Virus record (IMG/VR): IMGVR_UViG_3300020112_000604
Coordinates: 64,001 to 128,000 of that record
DNA length: 64,000 nucleotides
Reading direction: 5' to 3' (one strand)
From: a virus
Lineage: Duplodnaviria > Caudoviricetes
A model generated the notes under the pieces. That model did no database searches. It was not told the origin of the DNA and worked only from the letters and a program-made list of their open reading frames with translations. Below are positions 9,777 to 23,900 of this stretch, piece after piece. How positions within the stretch are numbered: the stretch's first letter is position 1; every line of letters starts with the position of its first letter. Position numbers and translations under genes: made by a program.

Positions 9777-11843
9777 TTAGTAACGTTTGCTTAGTTTATT
9801 AGACAGATTCACGATTGTATTATCTGACATGCGCTGCCATAAGGTTGCAACGTTAGTTGGAATGTCGGTTATTCGTGAAACGATATTGAGGTCCGCATAC
9901 ATTTTAGCATAACGTGCTGCGTCAGGCACATTGTAGTTTACACCACAAAGATTTGCCAGGAAATCCATTTCCGCAATGTTGGCCATCATACCGTATTTCA
10001 TATTTGCCATAGACGTCATAGACATCTGGTTATACAAATTCTTTAAGGTCATTTGGACTTCTACAACGGTCGGTAGCCCATCTTTATTCCAACAGTTTTC
10101 TTTACCGATATTGACGTTCATATTTGTAATGATGCCCATATCGATATTGAATATACCCTTGCAGAATCCCTTTACCAAGAAAGGAGATATATAACCATGC
10201 TTGTCTGACTGCCTTGGTGAAACTAATCCCCACGCATGAATGAGTGGACATAATACATATTCCCAAATAGAAAAGTTATCTGGATCTGGAGCGACGAGTC
10301 TAAAGCTAATATTATAGGATTCACTACAGTCAGATTCGTTCCACAGTTCCGGGAACATGAGTTTACCACCGGCGATACATGTATTGATTCCGCTAACAAT
10401 CGTAGAGAATAATCCACCGCCGACAGGCAGCTTAGAAACGAAGTCGTTGAGTGAATCAATATCACCGCTTAACTGGTCTTTAAGTTCGTCGAATTTAAGT
10501 CCCATTGATGAAGACGATAAACCTAAGATATACTGAAGCTCTCTCGCCTGGTCAGACAATGCATTAATCGACGAAGCTAATTGAGACTGAGTCGTTGAGT
10601 TAGAGAACTCTCGAGATGTGGACAATTCAGCATTAGCATAGATTGGAATACTGCCTCGGTAGTATGCGACTCGTTGCATATCTTCTACCTTATCCCAGAA
10701 TGACAATTTGCCGTCTGCTCCGAGCATCTCGTCAGAACCCACCTCAACGTCTTCAGAATCAAGATAGTTCCATGCCCAGTTATATGAGTATGGTTTCATT
10801 GTTCCTCTTACCGAGTCATATATAGGATTCTCAAGTTGTAAGAATTCCGCCATAGCACGGCATGCCGGATTGACATATGAAAAGTACTTCTCGTAACAGT
10901 GTTCAACTGAATAGAGTTTACCCGAATAGTCATCCATTAAGGAATCCAATGCTGTTGTATCGGCACTGTTAGCCAATGCCTTTACATATTTTTCAAGGCC
11001 CTGTTTTCTATCCGAACCAGACAGAGACGGTAAGAATACCGGCTCGCATGGAGTCAGATAAACCAGTGGCATCTTTGAAGCGATAGATTTAAGATAATCA
11101 GTACCCATATTCTGAATACTGAAAGCATCCACACTGCTGTTATATCCTAAGCGTAAATCTGTGGATGGTAAAAACTGTGGAGGTACACCAATAATACCTC
11201 TAAGTTTTGATATTTGGTGCATGTTTTGTAATTCTGACGCCGTAAATGATGTACTCATAGCAGCAATTACTTCAGCATACTTTTCGAAGTCAGGGCTATA
11301 TCCTAAATCTTCGTCTGTAAGTAAACCGGCTTCCGTAACATCTCCGCCAACGGCTGCGTCTAAAGAATCAACAACAGCTTCATCTCCTGGAGATGAGGTT
11401 CCGTATGCTGGTGAAGCATAGCCAGTTATAGCAGTATATGTATACTGTCTAGTAAGTGAATCAACCTTAGCTGTTCTAGGGTTATCATTAGGGTCTATGT
11501 TTCCTTCTATCGTTTTACAAGACGATGCACCAACTTCAACAACAAGGGCAACGTGGTCTGCGTCGCCAGTGAAGTCATAGTCAAAATATATCAAGTCACC
11601 GATTTTAGGTTTATATCCCGAAGTACGTGGATGAAACCGATTCTTTGCTTTGAACCATTCCATCTGACTCGTGCAGTGTGTATCTTTAGGAATGCATCCA
11701 CCGTTACCGGTCTTTTGGGCAATAGTAGAAATAAATGAAGCACACCATGCATAACAACCGCCACCGAATATTTCGGTATATTCCTTGTATCCATGGCCCA
11801 AACCTTTCTTAGCCTCGGCAACTATGGCAGCGACACTTCCCAT
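9777..11843 (-). CDS. Tail/baseplate protein with N-terminal CHAP peptidoglycan hydrolase domain
   Basis: WCASFIS, GDLIYFD, DHVALV and TIEGN CHAP motifs; C-terminal part resembles baseplate hub/tube-initiator proteins; ATG 11843 after AGGAGG. Confidence 0.8.
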   Translation of the reverse strand: MGSVAAIVAEAKKGLGHGYKEYTEIFGGGCYAWCASFISTIAQKTGNGGCIPKDTHCTSQMEWFKAKNRFHPRTSGYKPKIGDLIYFDYDFTGDADHVALVVEVGASSCKTIEGNIDPNDNPRTAKVDSLTRQYTYTAITGYASPAYGTSSPGDEAVVDSLDAAVGGDVTEAGLLTDEDLGYSPDFEKYAEVIAAMSTSFTASELQNMHQISKLRGIIGVPPQFLPSTDLRLGYNSSVDAFSIQNMGTDYLKSIASKMPLVYLTPCEPVFLPSLSGSDRKQGLEKYVKALANSADTTALDSLMDDYSGKLYSVEHCYEKYFSYVNPACRAMAEFLQLENPIYDSVRGTMKPYSYNWAWNYLDSEDVEVGSDEMLGADGKLSFWDKVEDMQRVAYYRGSIPIYANAELSTSREFSNSTTQSQLASSINALSDQARELQYILGLSSSSMGLKFDELKDQLSGDIDSLNDFVSKLPVGGGLFSTIVSGINTCIAGGKLMFPELWNESDCSESYNISFRLVAPDPDNFSIWEYVLCPLIHAWGLVSPRQSDKHGYISPFLVKGFCKGIFNIDMGIITNMNVNIGKENCWNKDGLPTVVEVQMTLKNLYNQMSMTSMANMKYGMMANIAEMDFLANLCGVNYNVPDAARYAKMYADLNIVSRITDIPTNVATLWQRMSDNTIVNLSNKLSKRY

Positions 11844-11874
11844 AAACATCATCCTCCTTATTGATAGTATCAAT

Positions 11875-11886
11875 TACTCAAATGTT
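11875..11886 (-). promoter_or_regulatory. Late promoter AACA-N6-TA
   Basis: AACATTTGAGTA, matches the AR9-type late consensus. Confidence 0.65.
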
Positions 11887-11898
11887 TCAAAAAATATA

Positions 11899-11924
11899 GG
11901 GGAGGGCTTTTTACAGCCCTCCCC
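11899..11924 (-). terminator. Intrinsic terminator after the tape-measure gene
   Basis: GGGGAGGGCT/AGCCCTCCCC stem with T-run downstream on the minus strand. Confidence 0.8.
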
Positions 11925-11933
11925 AAATATTTA

Positions 11934-14900
11934 TTACTTCTTAGCTATTCTGTAGACAGCGTCGATGATTTCGGAATTATTCATATCATTGAACTGTGCG
12001 TTCATAGCGTTGAGTCCCTGACGTGTCATACCGTTAGATGCAAGTAAAGCCTTTGAAAGCTCTGCCATCACGTTAGCAGTATTAGTGTCATTAGACTTGC
12101 CGCTCTTTGTGGATTTTGAATTGTTTCCTGAACCTGTCAGCTGACATGCGTTTGAAACTGAGAGTTTTGTAACTGCTGCAACGACATCCTGAAGTTTAGC
12201 AGTGTTGCCACTGATTTCACTAAGGAGTTTAACAACAGCGAGAAGAATTTCGTTAGTAGCGTTTCCGTTTGTAGGACCACCTGTATTCTTAGTGTTTGAA
12301 CCTATTCTAGCACCTGGCTCATACTTAGAACCGGTTGAACCTGTTCCTGAAGTACTTGCCGCAGCCTTAGCTTCAGCACGTTTAACAGCGTCTACTGCAC
12401 GTGTAACAGCATTTGTTGAAACCTTCTTGAAGTTTGCTGTGCCTGATGCTCTCGAAGAATCACATGTGCCGCTTGGACGTTTACCGTTAGCAGCCTGTCT
12501 AACAAGAGCCTTATCAACAAATCCCTTACCACTCTTCTTGTTAGGAGCTGGAGGTCCAACTAGTGTTGAAGATGTAGTAGTAGTAGAACTTGTTGTATTG
12601 GTTGTTTTCTTTGTGTTATTTGGAAGTAATGGTCCCATTACATCATCTGATGATGGTACAATTCCTGCACGCTGAGCTGCAGATTTAATGTAATCACTAT
12701 AGTCGTACTTGTTAGGGTCTACGTCGGCATGCCACATATCACTAGGCTTGTTAACCTGATAATGTAAGTGAGGACCTGTAGACTGACCAGTCGTACCACA
12801 GTAACCAACCAGTGTACCACGGAATACTTCGTCACCTTCATGAACCGGAGGAAGCTGACACTGATGTCCGAAGATGTGATAGTAACCATGAGTATCCTGA
12901 ACGATTGTAAGGTTGCCGTAGCCACCTGTATTCCATCCTGCGAATACTACCGTACCATCAACTGGAGAATATAATTTGTTGCCTTCTGGAGCAGCATAGT
13001 CAATACCACTATGGTCAGATCTATCTGGCGTTCTATATCCAGAAGATACCGATGAACCTTCAAGTGTTGCTAAGAACCATGCATCGGAACCATTTTCGGA
13101 TACAGATGATAAGTAGTCCTCGTCTCCGAGAGCACCTACACCTGCAGCTGCATTACCAGTTGTTGCCGATGCTGCACCGAATATGGCGTCGTATAAACCG
13201 CCATAGAGCTTTTTCAGTACCTTAGTAACGTAAGTACCAAGCCGTCCTATGAATGTGTTATCTACGGTTGTTGTTCCGCCATCTCCGTCTACGGATGAAC
13301 CATTATATGAGCCATTAACCGTGAAATCCTTGCAAATTGTACCAGGAGTATAGTTATTGAGATCGATATTTGCGAGTTTAGCTCCTGTATCTTTGATACG
13401 ATTTACCCATGCTCCTGAATACTGGCTTCCGCATGTAGCCCACCATGAGCTTGTAGCCATACGGTTAACGACATCATTGATTTCTTCGACGCCACCCTTG
13501 TGTGAAGGTCTCCATCCATCTGCCCATCCAGTGTGAACACCAGAGTTATAGATATCAGCAGGAACGATCATTGAAAGTGGGTTCTGAAGAATGCCAGAGT
13601 TATACATTTTAAGAGGATGAACCATGTTATTTTCTCTAAAGAGTTTATATGCCATGTTTTCCTGAACGTCCTGTCCAATACTCTCGTATTTTTCAAGAAC
13701 CTTAGAAAGTTTGTCAGCTTCACTCTGAGAAATAGCACTTGTTGCACGATTTGCAATGTTTAAGAGATATGCCTTGTCATCCGCATCAGTAACACGAGCA
13801 GCCATTTCACGAAGAACGTCTGCTGCAAGTGTGGCATGGAAACCGATTGCACCGATTGAAATACCACTGCCGTTATCATCAGGACATACTGCATGGAAAC
13901 CACCGGCTGTAGCTGCTTCTCTTGATACTACACATTCATAAAGAATAGCGTAAAGATTCTTTTCCTGCTGTGGTGTGAGAGCCGGTCCTGTGCCTGATTT
14001 AACACCCTTACGATATGACAATGGAGTAATACCTCTACCACTACGTTTTCCACGTCCTGCACTAATAGCGTAGATAGAATCTCTGATAGTGTCATTTGCG
14101 TCATAAATTCTATCGCCGAATGGATCTTCAGGGTCCTGAACAACTATCTTGTTGTTCTTCATTCCTGTTGCAAGTACATAGTGAGCATTCTGATTTCCGA
14201 ACGGAGTGGTTCCTCTACCAGACTGTCCCATGAGAATTACATCTTCACCATTAGCGAGTCTACGTCTTAAGTCCGAACGTGTTCCGACGTTTGCTGTACG
14301 TACACCATTTTTGCCGAGATAGTCTCCAAAGAATTCTGGGAATGTACCAGCGTTTCTTTCCTTATAGCCAAGAGCATTTCTTGCTGCGTCTCTTACGTCG
14401 TAATTCAGTCCACGTCTAGCGAGAACTTCTGAAGCAACTACAGGACCACAACCTGAGTCAGCGATTGACTGGAAATTGCTGTCACCAGAAATATTGAATC
14501 TATCATCATAATCTCTCTGATAGAGATGTGGGTTTGCCCCACCTGAATACTGGGACTTGATGTATGATGCCTGTTCGTCATCCAGTGGTTTAGGTGGGAT
14601 TAAGTATTTAAGTTTACGATTTTTGAATTCTGAACCCTTACCAGATTTCTTCTTACCGCCAAAAAGATTACTGAAGAATGTAGCAATCTTGCCTTTCTTC
14701 TTGGTTGTTGAAGACTTAGAGGTATTTGTGTTTGTTTTCTGAATAGGTTTTGGTGTTGTCATATCGTGCATTGACTCGTGACTTACACTGTAACCTGTAC
14801 CAGAAACTTCAGTATTTGTCAGCTGTGTTGCCGATGAAGCTTCGGTATCGAATACGGAATTAATAGCGTCCTGAATGATTGTGAGTGGTGATGAAATTGC

Positions 14901-17900
14901 ACGTCTCATGAACTCGCTTAATTTGTATAAGCTTGCTGCGAATGTTGTATCATTACCTGTGTTGATATACCAGAAACGCTTATCGTTTATCTTAATCTTA
15001 CCCTCGTCAATCTGTCGTGTTGCAGACTTATTCATACTTTCGTATCTTGCCATCTGCTCAGTAATATTCTTACCACCAGATATTGAGTTGATAAGATTGT
15101 CAATAAAGTTTCCGCCAGTAGGCATAAGCATATTTAACGGAGAGAGTTTATTGTTTGCATATGCGTTTGTTGCTAAAGCTTCATCTATTGCTGTGTCTAC
15201 TGCATCTACGCCAAATGGGTCTAATCCATCGTTAACCTTTGCATTAGTTTTAACCTTTGTCTTTGATGCAGTTGATTCAACTTCTTTATCTGCCTTAGTG
15301 AACCAGCCCTTAACTGTAGATTTGATCTTCTGCCATTCTGTTGGGTTAACAGCACGGTTAAAGTCTTCAACAGTTTCGAAATCTGTTCCATTTTCAGCAT
15401 TATACATGTCAATTGCTTCGAGCGCATTATCCTGTTTAGTTTTGATTGCCTTAGCGAAGTCTGCACCTAAGAAACTGAATAAGTCGAGAAGTACGTTTGC
15501 AATGAAGTCTGCAGGAATAATTGAGCAGCAAAGACCTGATATAACGTTTGTTAAACCTGCGAAGAATCTCTCGAATACGGATACCTCTTCGTCTACTATA
15601 CCAAGTACGTTACGTGCATTATCCCAACCTGCGATGAAGTCTAATACGGCCTGAGCTATAGCGAGTATAACTGTTGCTTTGCCAAGAACCTTAGCAAGAA
15701 CTTCTACAGATTCCATACCTAATTTCTTAGCAAGATTTGCGGCGAGTTTCTCACCAGTCTTAGCAAGTCTTTCACCTAAAGCCTTCTTAGACATTCCGAC
15801 CTTTTTAGCAAGTGGTGCAATCTTTTCAACAATCTTTGAATTGCCAAACAGTTTGGTTAATACTTCTTTAAGGAATGTACCAACCTTTGCAAGAAGTTTG
15901 GCTTTCTTGTCTGCGCCTGCTGCAGATCTAACTGCTGCTGTTGCAGCTGTTTCTACAGCGTCTTCTGCTACATCGGTTGCAATATTAGCTGCAGCTCTAC
16001 CGGATGCCTTGAGAGTCCAGTCGCGGAATTTGCGTCCCACATTTGCTGGAGCATTAATTACATTCATAGCACCTTCGCCGAGACGTCCGACGATTCCAAG
16101 TCCAGGAACCTTGCTTACACCCTTGAAGATACCAGCACCAGTTTTGCCTGCTATATTGCCAAGTGCCCCCATACCAGCAGCGTTATTAAGGAATGAACGA
16201 CCTGCCATCTGGAATAAAGATTTACCCTTATAGCCAGTAGCATTAGTCTGCTGTACGTCAGCGTTTCTGATAGACTGGAATGAAGCGTTACCTGCGATTT
16301 CTTCTGCGAAGTTTTCGTCGAGATACTGGGTGCCTATTCCTCTATTAGCCAGATAGTTCTGATAGTTAGCATTGTTTATAGCTACACCTTCAGCATTTTC
16401 AGCTAAAGGACCTAATACTGAGCTCTTTGCTACATCTACAAACGCGTTGGAGTTTGAATTGTCATATGCTTCGCGTTTAAGTTTGCTTTCGTTTATTTCT
16501 GCGCCAGTTGTGCCTGTTGCTCTACGTGCTGAACTTGTGATGCTGTTGTCAGCCTTTTTATTGCCGCTCTTACCAAATCCTACCTTAGATGAAATTGTTT
16601 TAGCGCCAGACTTGATGATTTCCCACGCAGCAACTAATGCATCTTCGATTATTTCAGGAAGACGGTCAATAAGGTCATCCATTACTGTAGGTAATACATC
16701 GTCTCTGAGAGTTGCGATTCCTGTTGACCAGAGGTCTCCAAGAACACTCTTAACCTTTGGAAGAGCTGTATCTTCTACCCATGGAATTACGGTATTCTTG
16801 ATGCCATTTACAACGCCCGATGCAATACCTCCAGTGTAATTACCAGAAGAATCCTTTTCGCCAACTAACCAAGGTACAAGTTTATCTTTACAGAAAGGAA
16901 TTACCCACTTAGCCATAGCACCAACGAAGAGTGGCACACCAACCGCGAGTTTACCAATACCAAATACCTTACCGAAGAATTTCTTAATCTTTCCGAAGAA
17001 AGATTCATCTTCGTCTTCACTATCATTCTTAGGAATGATAAAGTCAGCAATAGCAGTAATCTTATTCTTCATAGTCTGGAAGATTCCAACCTTTTCAGCC
17101 TTGTCTTTCTTAGCTTCGGCTTCTTCCTTAGAACCTGCTTCAGGTCTGTTGCGTCTAGGGTCATTAGGAAGTAATACGTCATCGGCAAATTCTGAGAGTC
17201 CGTCATTTGCTTCAGCATTAGTAGGAATCTGTCTGAGTATAGCTTCAAGCTCATCTGTGGTCATAGCCTTAAGAGCCTTAACTGAATACTTAGGGTCATT
17301 CTTAAAGAAACGAGTCTCAGAAATCTTCTTAATTAAATCGTCTCTACGTTCATCCTGATTGAAATTTGAGCTTAATCTATCAAATATAGAGACATGATTT
17401 CTATCAAGTAAATTCTGGATACCCATTCTCATTGACTCACGGTTTTCTTCAGATGCGAATCTGTTTAATACCGGAATCTTTGATGCTACTGTACGTACAC
17501 CCTCATTGAAACGTCCAACTGCTCTTTCCATTCCATTGTTTGAAGCACTCCAGATATCTTTTGCACGGAATTCTTTAAACTTAGACTTGTTGTTTGAAAG
17601 TGTTGAAATATACCTCTTAAGACCAACAGAATCGTTCTTAAACTGGTTAAGTATATATACGTTTTCTTCGGAAAGAACCTTACCGAGTTTAGCAGATTCT
17701 CTCTTAGTGAGTGTACAGATTGTGTCCAGAAGTTCCTTTTTGAATACGAATTTCTTCTTACCTGTAAATTTGAAGTTAGCAATGTTATAGACTTTATTCT
17801 TGTCAGTTTCGCTTAATTCAAAGAAGTCTGTTAAAGCTTCAAGATCAATGAACCAACCTTTATCGCCCATGTCATTGAGTAATCTAATTACATCTTCAGA

Positions 17901-20900
17901 AGATACATCGAATACTAATGGGAACTTCTGTGGTGTTATCTTAGAATACAGCTTAAACTTTCTGAGTTTAGCTACATGTGTATCTAAGAATCTCTGCTGT
18001 TCTCTGTCATATACTCCGTCTGCCGCATCAAGTGCTGCATCAAGGTTATGCTGACGATTAGCAGATGAATCTTCGAATGTGTTCTGTATGTTAGAGATAT
18101 CAATAGCCTGATTCATATTAACACCATTGCCGTTATTGTAAACCGCATTGTCATTAATATTACGGAAGTTACCGATACCGTTCATGAACTTAGTCACATT
18201 CTTAAGAGCGGCAGCGAAGTCTGCAAATGCATTTGTTGACACTTCTACAGCTTCAGCATTTCTTGCGAATATGTCTGCCTGTAAATCAGCTGAACGTGAT
18301 TCAGCTTCACCCTGAGAACCGTATTTTATGGATGCAGCATTCTTAGCATTGATTTCAGCTTTAAGAGAATCCATGATAGCTCTCTTCTGTTTAGCTGATT
18401 TCTTATTGAATTTCTTGATTCCTAATTTAGAAGCATATTCAGCAACCTTTTCGTCAGTAGCCTTATATGTATCTCTCTTAGCAAGAATTTCATCACGCTG
18501 TTTGAGTAACTGCTGAACCTCTGCTATGAAAGCATCGGCTTCTTCTTTACTCATACGCTGTCCGTCCACGGTCTTGGTATTTCTGATAAGGTCAAATGCC
18601 TTTTCGTATTTACCCTGCTCAATAGCTCTGTCAATAGAACGTGCAGCATTACCGAAACGTGTTCTAAACTTTTCGGAAATCTTCTTACCAATAGCTCTAG
18701 AGTTATTGCCAATTTCCTTGTTAAGTCCACGTTCTCCGTCAATATTGAAAGCAATAGAGTTTTTGATTAATTCAAGGTCTTCAACAGAAGCTGTTTCTGA
18801 ATAAGCTGCGAGGTTCTTATCATATTCAGCATATTTATCTCCAACGAGGAATTTGCTCTTGTGTCTCTGACGGAATTCGTTTCTTTCAGCTGCAGTCATA
18901 TATGAACCAGCTCTGCCGTTTTTGATACCGGCAGTCTTAGCCATATTACCGAGTGTTCCGAATAAGCCCTTACCGATTAATTTAAATGGTAATCTTATTA
19001 TGCTTGTAGCTTTCTTAAGAATACCTGTAGTGAGTTTCTTAATAGGGTCAGCTACATAATCTCTTACGAGATTAGCTAACGGTACAGAAATGTGTTCTTT
19101 GAATGTGTCTGCAATCATGTTTGGAATGAATGTAAACATATTCTTCAGTTCAGTTGTAATTGGAGCCATTGCATCCTTGATTGGATCTAAGAAATCCTCA
19201 TGGAGGTTTTCCTTGATATCTTCAAAGAGATCTAAACCGAAGTTCTTGAGAGGTGTTACGAGATTGTCTTTTAACGCTCCAACAACACCGCCATCACGTG
19301 TTCCATCTTCATTCTTTTCGCCGAGTAATGCAGACTTAAACTTTTCTGTTGTTGTAAGGAATCCTGCACCGCCGCCGAGGAGAGCACCACCGAGTAAACC
19401 GAATGGTCCCATTAAAGCTCCAGCTGCAGCACCAATAGCTACATTAGGGAAAGCTGCCTTGATAGCCTTACGGTTATCTTCTGATAACAGCATTCCATCA
19501 CCGAATAATCTGTCCTGTACGAACTTAGTATTCTTGAGGAATCCTAAACCTGCACCTACGATAGCACCACCAACTGGTCCAAGTGGAGTTAAGAGACCGG
19601 CTACTGAACCGAGTAATCCTCCTGTCTTCATGCTTGGTAAAGCCTGCTGTACAGATTCCTTAATTAATCCATCATTAGCATGTATTGGGTTGCCATTTTC
19701 GTCATAGTCAATGATACTTCCGAATAATGCCTGATTGAGTACCTTATTAGACTGGATAAGCTGTGAGCCCATTCCGATGCCTGCACCAAGTAATGGGTTT
19801 CCAACGAGTAATCCAGCGATGCCGCCGATTGCACCCTTAGCGAGTCCCTGATATCCGATGCCCTTAGCGATTTCTCCAACACGTGTGCCAGAGAGACTAT
19901 CATTTGCTCTAGCATTAGTTAACAGTCTACGTTTGAAGTTCTTTTCGGCTGCAGCCTGTTTTGCGATTGTTGCATCGTCCGCTGGATTTATAACTGTAGA
20001 TTTTCCAGGAATAGAATATATTCCCATCTTAGGTACAGTATAAACTGAACCACCAGAAGTGATAATCTTTTCGTTAGGTGACATAATAGAGAGCATGCTC
20101 TTTGAAGACTTGTTCTTGCCACCTCTAGCGAACATAGAAGCGTTTGTGATATCGTTATAACGAGTTCTTGTTTCAGAATCAATGTCCCCAAACTCATTAT
20201 ATGCGTAGTTGCCGTCGGCGATTCTTTCAAATCTGGCTTTTAACTCAGGGTCCTGTACAGATGCAGCAAATTGTTTCATAAGCTCTTTATTTCGTGAATA
20301 CTGAGCTAAGAACTGAGCTGTCTTTGGATCAAGGTTTGCACCATATTCAGCAGAGAATAAATCGTAAGCATACTTGTCACGTTCTTCTCTAATCTTATCA
20401 CGGTCAGCTCTTGAACGATACTGTCCGTTGGCATCACGATATACAGGTGAAGACTCATCATCAGTAGCAGTATTCATCATTGAATCAAACGAATTCTCTC
20501 CATATAAAGAATACTGTGAGTTTAATCTGTCGTATCTGTCTGAACGTTCAGAGTCTAAACGTCCTACAACTGAGCTGTCGATTGTGAATCTCTTAAGCAT
20601 TGCCTCTACGTCAGAGTTAAACTTAGCGTTAGCACGGTTTACTCTTGACTGAGCTCTAGCCTTGAGACTCTTAGCCTGTGGAATATAAGTACCACGCATT
20701 TCTTCAGCTTTACCTGTTAACTCATCACGTTCAGCAATGAGCTGTGCAAGTTCTTCTGGAGAATAGTTTGCATGTGGGTCAGTTATCTTGTCGTGTAGGG
20801 CAACAGCCTGAAGATTGTACTGTTCGTACTGCTGCTGGAACTTGTCAAGATCAGCGATAGCATTAGTGAGTTCATTCTGGAATGCTTCACGCTGTTTTGT

Positions 20901-23900
20901 TGCTGCATCAAATACCGCCTGGAATGGGTTAACAGAAAGGTTATTGATTAAGTCCGCATTAGCAGAAGCCTGTTTGAGCTGTTCTTCTACATAGCTTCTC
21001 TGTTCATTGATGCTTCTGAGTTCATCTACAGATTTAGCAATGAGTTCTTCATTTTCTTTAATCTGCTGATTAATCTCAGCAACACGTTCCTTAGCCTTTT
21101 CGATTGCATCCTGACGTTCTTCATCTGTAGCATATGTACCGCCGCCATTGATAATGTCGTTATTAGCACGTAATTCACGACGAAGATTGCCTGTAGCTCT
21201 GGCTGTTGTATTGATTGTATTCTGTGTATCAAGCGTGTTGAATATTCTATTGAGTTCAGATGTCATATCTGCAGTTCTGTTTACAGATGCAAGTCTAGAC
21301 GCTGGTGAAAGAACCTTATTGATTTCATCAAGTTTTCTCTGTGCAGCTTTCTTAGCAACTTCTGAAGCATTAGGATCATCAACCACAGACTGATATTTGT
21401 CACGAAGTTTCTTAGCAGATGCTATCTTACTAGCATTGCCTCTGAAGCTTTCGAATCTAGCACGGTCAGTTTCGTTCATAGCACTAGCATGAAGTTTTGA
21501 TTCTTCTTCGGTCATAGTTAATGCTTTTCTGATTGCTTCTGGGTCCTGGGCGGATTCGAATGCCAGAATCTGGCCAATCATTTCAGGTGTTAAAGCAGCC
21601 TCTTCGACAGCAGCTCTACGTTTAGCCTTAAGCTTTTCTCTATAGTCTGTATATCCGAATGCATCAGCTAATGAACCGAATGCGTTGCCATATGCTCCCT
21701 TAATATTTCCAATCTCATTTTTGAATGCAGCCTTGAATTTACCAAGAGGAGAAGCTTCGCCCTGACTAAGACGGTCTTTGGTGTTTGCGAGCCACTGTCC
21801 GAATTTAGTCTGAGATAATTTATCCTTAGCTTTACCAAAGATATCTGTAACAGTATCTTTGATTGTGTTAAATGATTCCATTGCTTTGTACTTAAGAAGA
21901 CCCATGAATCCCTGAACTGGCTGTCCGTTGTCGTCTGTCATCTGAGTAGATGTCTTGTACAGTAAGTCAAAGATATGTCTGTCTGCGGCAAGCACAGCCT
22001 TTTCCATCATTCTAGACGGAGCATCAATCCAAGACTGAAGCTTATCCTTAACGAGGAATACTCTTTCGCCAATATTAGAAGCGGCAGCCCATTTGTCCTT
22101 GAATGAAGTGAGTTCTTTAAACTTATCTCTATTACGTTCACGTCTAGCAGCACCTTCTGTGAATATATCAATGAGTGATTCCTCTTCTTCGAGTTCCTGA
22201 CGAGCTTTTCTTCTTTCTTCAGCAGATGTCTGCTGCATATTAGCAAGGATTTCTTCCATATCCGTATTAGAGTCAACAATAATCTGTCCTGCACGGCTAG
22301 TCATGTAATCTACGTTACGTCTATGATAATCAAGGTCCTTAGCACGCTGTCTGTCACGTGCGGCAGCTTCTGTATCCGTGTTAGATACGAGTCTTGCGTT
22401 AGTAGAATTAGCACGGTCAAAGTATCCTGATGGAACGTTAGCCATACCGGCATTGTTTCTTCCGTTTACCGTCGGAATGATTGGACCATTTGGATTTGAA
22501 CCAATTGACTGTCCTCCATTGCCTATGCCCTGAGGATATGTGATCATACCATTAGTCTTAAAGAATTCAATGTTTCCATTGATTAATCTAAGATAATCGA
22601 ATATTGTCTTATTGTATTCGTCAGTAAGTTTTCCAAGATTAAAGAAGTTAGAACCCTTGTCATTATTGAGGTGTCTGTCTACTGTAGATCTGTTTCCACG
22701 GCTTCCAGACAGATCTCCTGTAAAGTCAAGGTCTTCGCCTTCGGTGAAGAGTTTATAAAGAGCTGTACCCTTTGTAATGTCCTTATACTTTCTTGTAACG
22801 GATGCTTTATTGGACTGAATCTCCGCGATGAGATCCATTACCATGTGAGGTTCCATTTCAAGCATAGCCTGACGAATGATGTTGAGATTTCGGTCTGATG
22901 ACATTCCCAAATCTCTAGCCTGTTTACCCTTAATATTAATGTCACCCTGCTTGTAGACATATTTCTTAAAGGCATCGTAGTCTTTTTCAAACTGTTTCTC
23001 ATCATCAAGATTACGGAAAGTCATACCTGATGTAGCTCTACGCACACCAGAATCAAAGTCATCATACGATGAAGAGAATGGACGTCTATACTGACTAGCG
23101 ATATCGTCCTTAAACTCTTTACGCACTTTGTTAAGTGATCTCCATTTACCAGTCTTATCATCGAAAACCATTTCGGCTTCACCGGTAAGAGCGGCAGTCA
23201 TCTTTCTGAGATAATAAGGGATTACTTCTTCAAGATAATGCTTGGATGTATCATCCCAAGCAGTAGGTACTCCCTCCAATTTCTGATACTTTATAGCTTT
23301 ATGAGCATCGGTATCAAGTCCAAACAGTTTTCCAAACATACGATTTAGAGTACCTTTAGTACTCCAAGATGAATCCTTGGCCATTGAATTCATCCTACCG
23401 ATAAATGCTGGGAATAATGAGCCTATCGAAGCATCGAACTGTTCAACAGACTTCTTAAGTGATTTCGGAAGAGCTCCGCCAACGATAGCATTCATAACAG
23501 CCTGCATTGGATTAGCAGCTGCCTGTCTAAACATTGAACCACCCATCATGCCGTCCATCTGTTTAAGGAAGTCAGGATTTAAGAATGCGCCAATCATAGG
23601 TATCTGTGATATAGCATCATTAACACCCTTGGTTTTGACTTCATTCAGGTAAGCCCTGATGTCTACAGAAGATCCCATAACAGAATCCAGTGTGTGTTTT
23701 GCTGGAGTGTATCCAGAACTAGATTTCTTTTTAGGATTAAATACTTCGTTGATAGATTCTAAGTTCTTGCTGATATTGTCAAGAGCCTCCGTAGTAGAAG
23801 TAAAGAATTTAGCCTGCTGTTCAGACATAGTCTTCGCAATGGAAGTAACGTCCTTAAAGCCAGTAACCATATTATCATTTACTGTACTTACGCTGTTGTT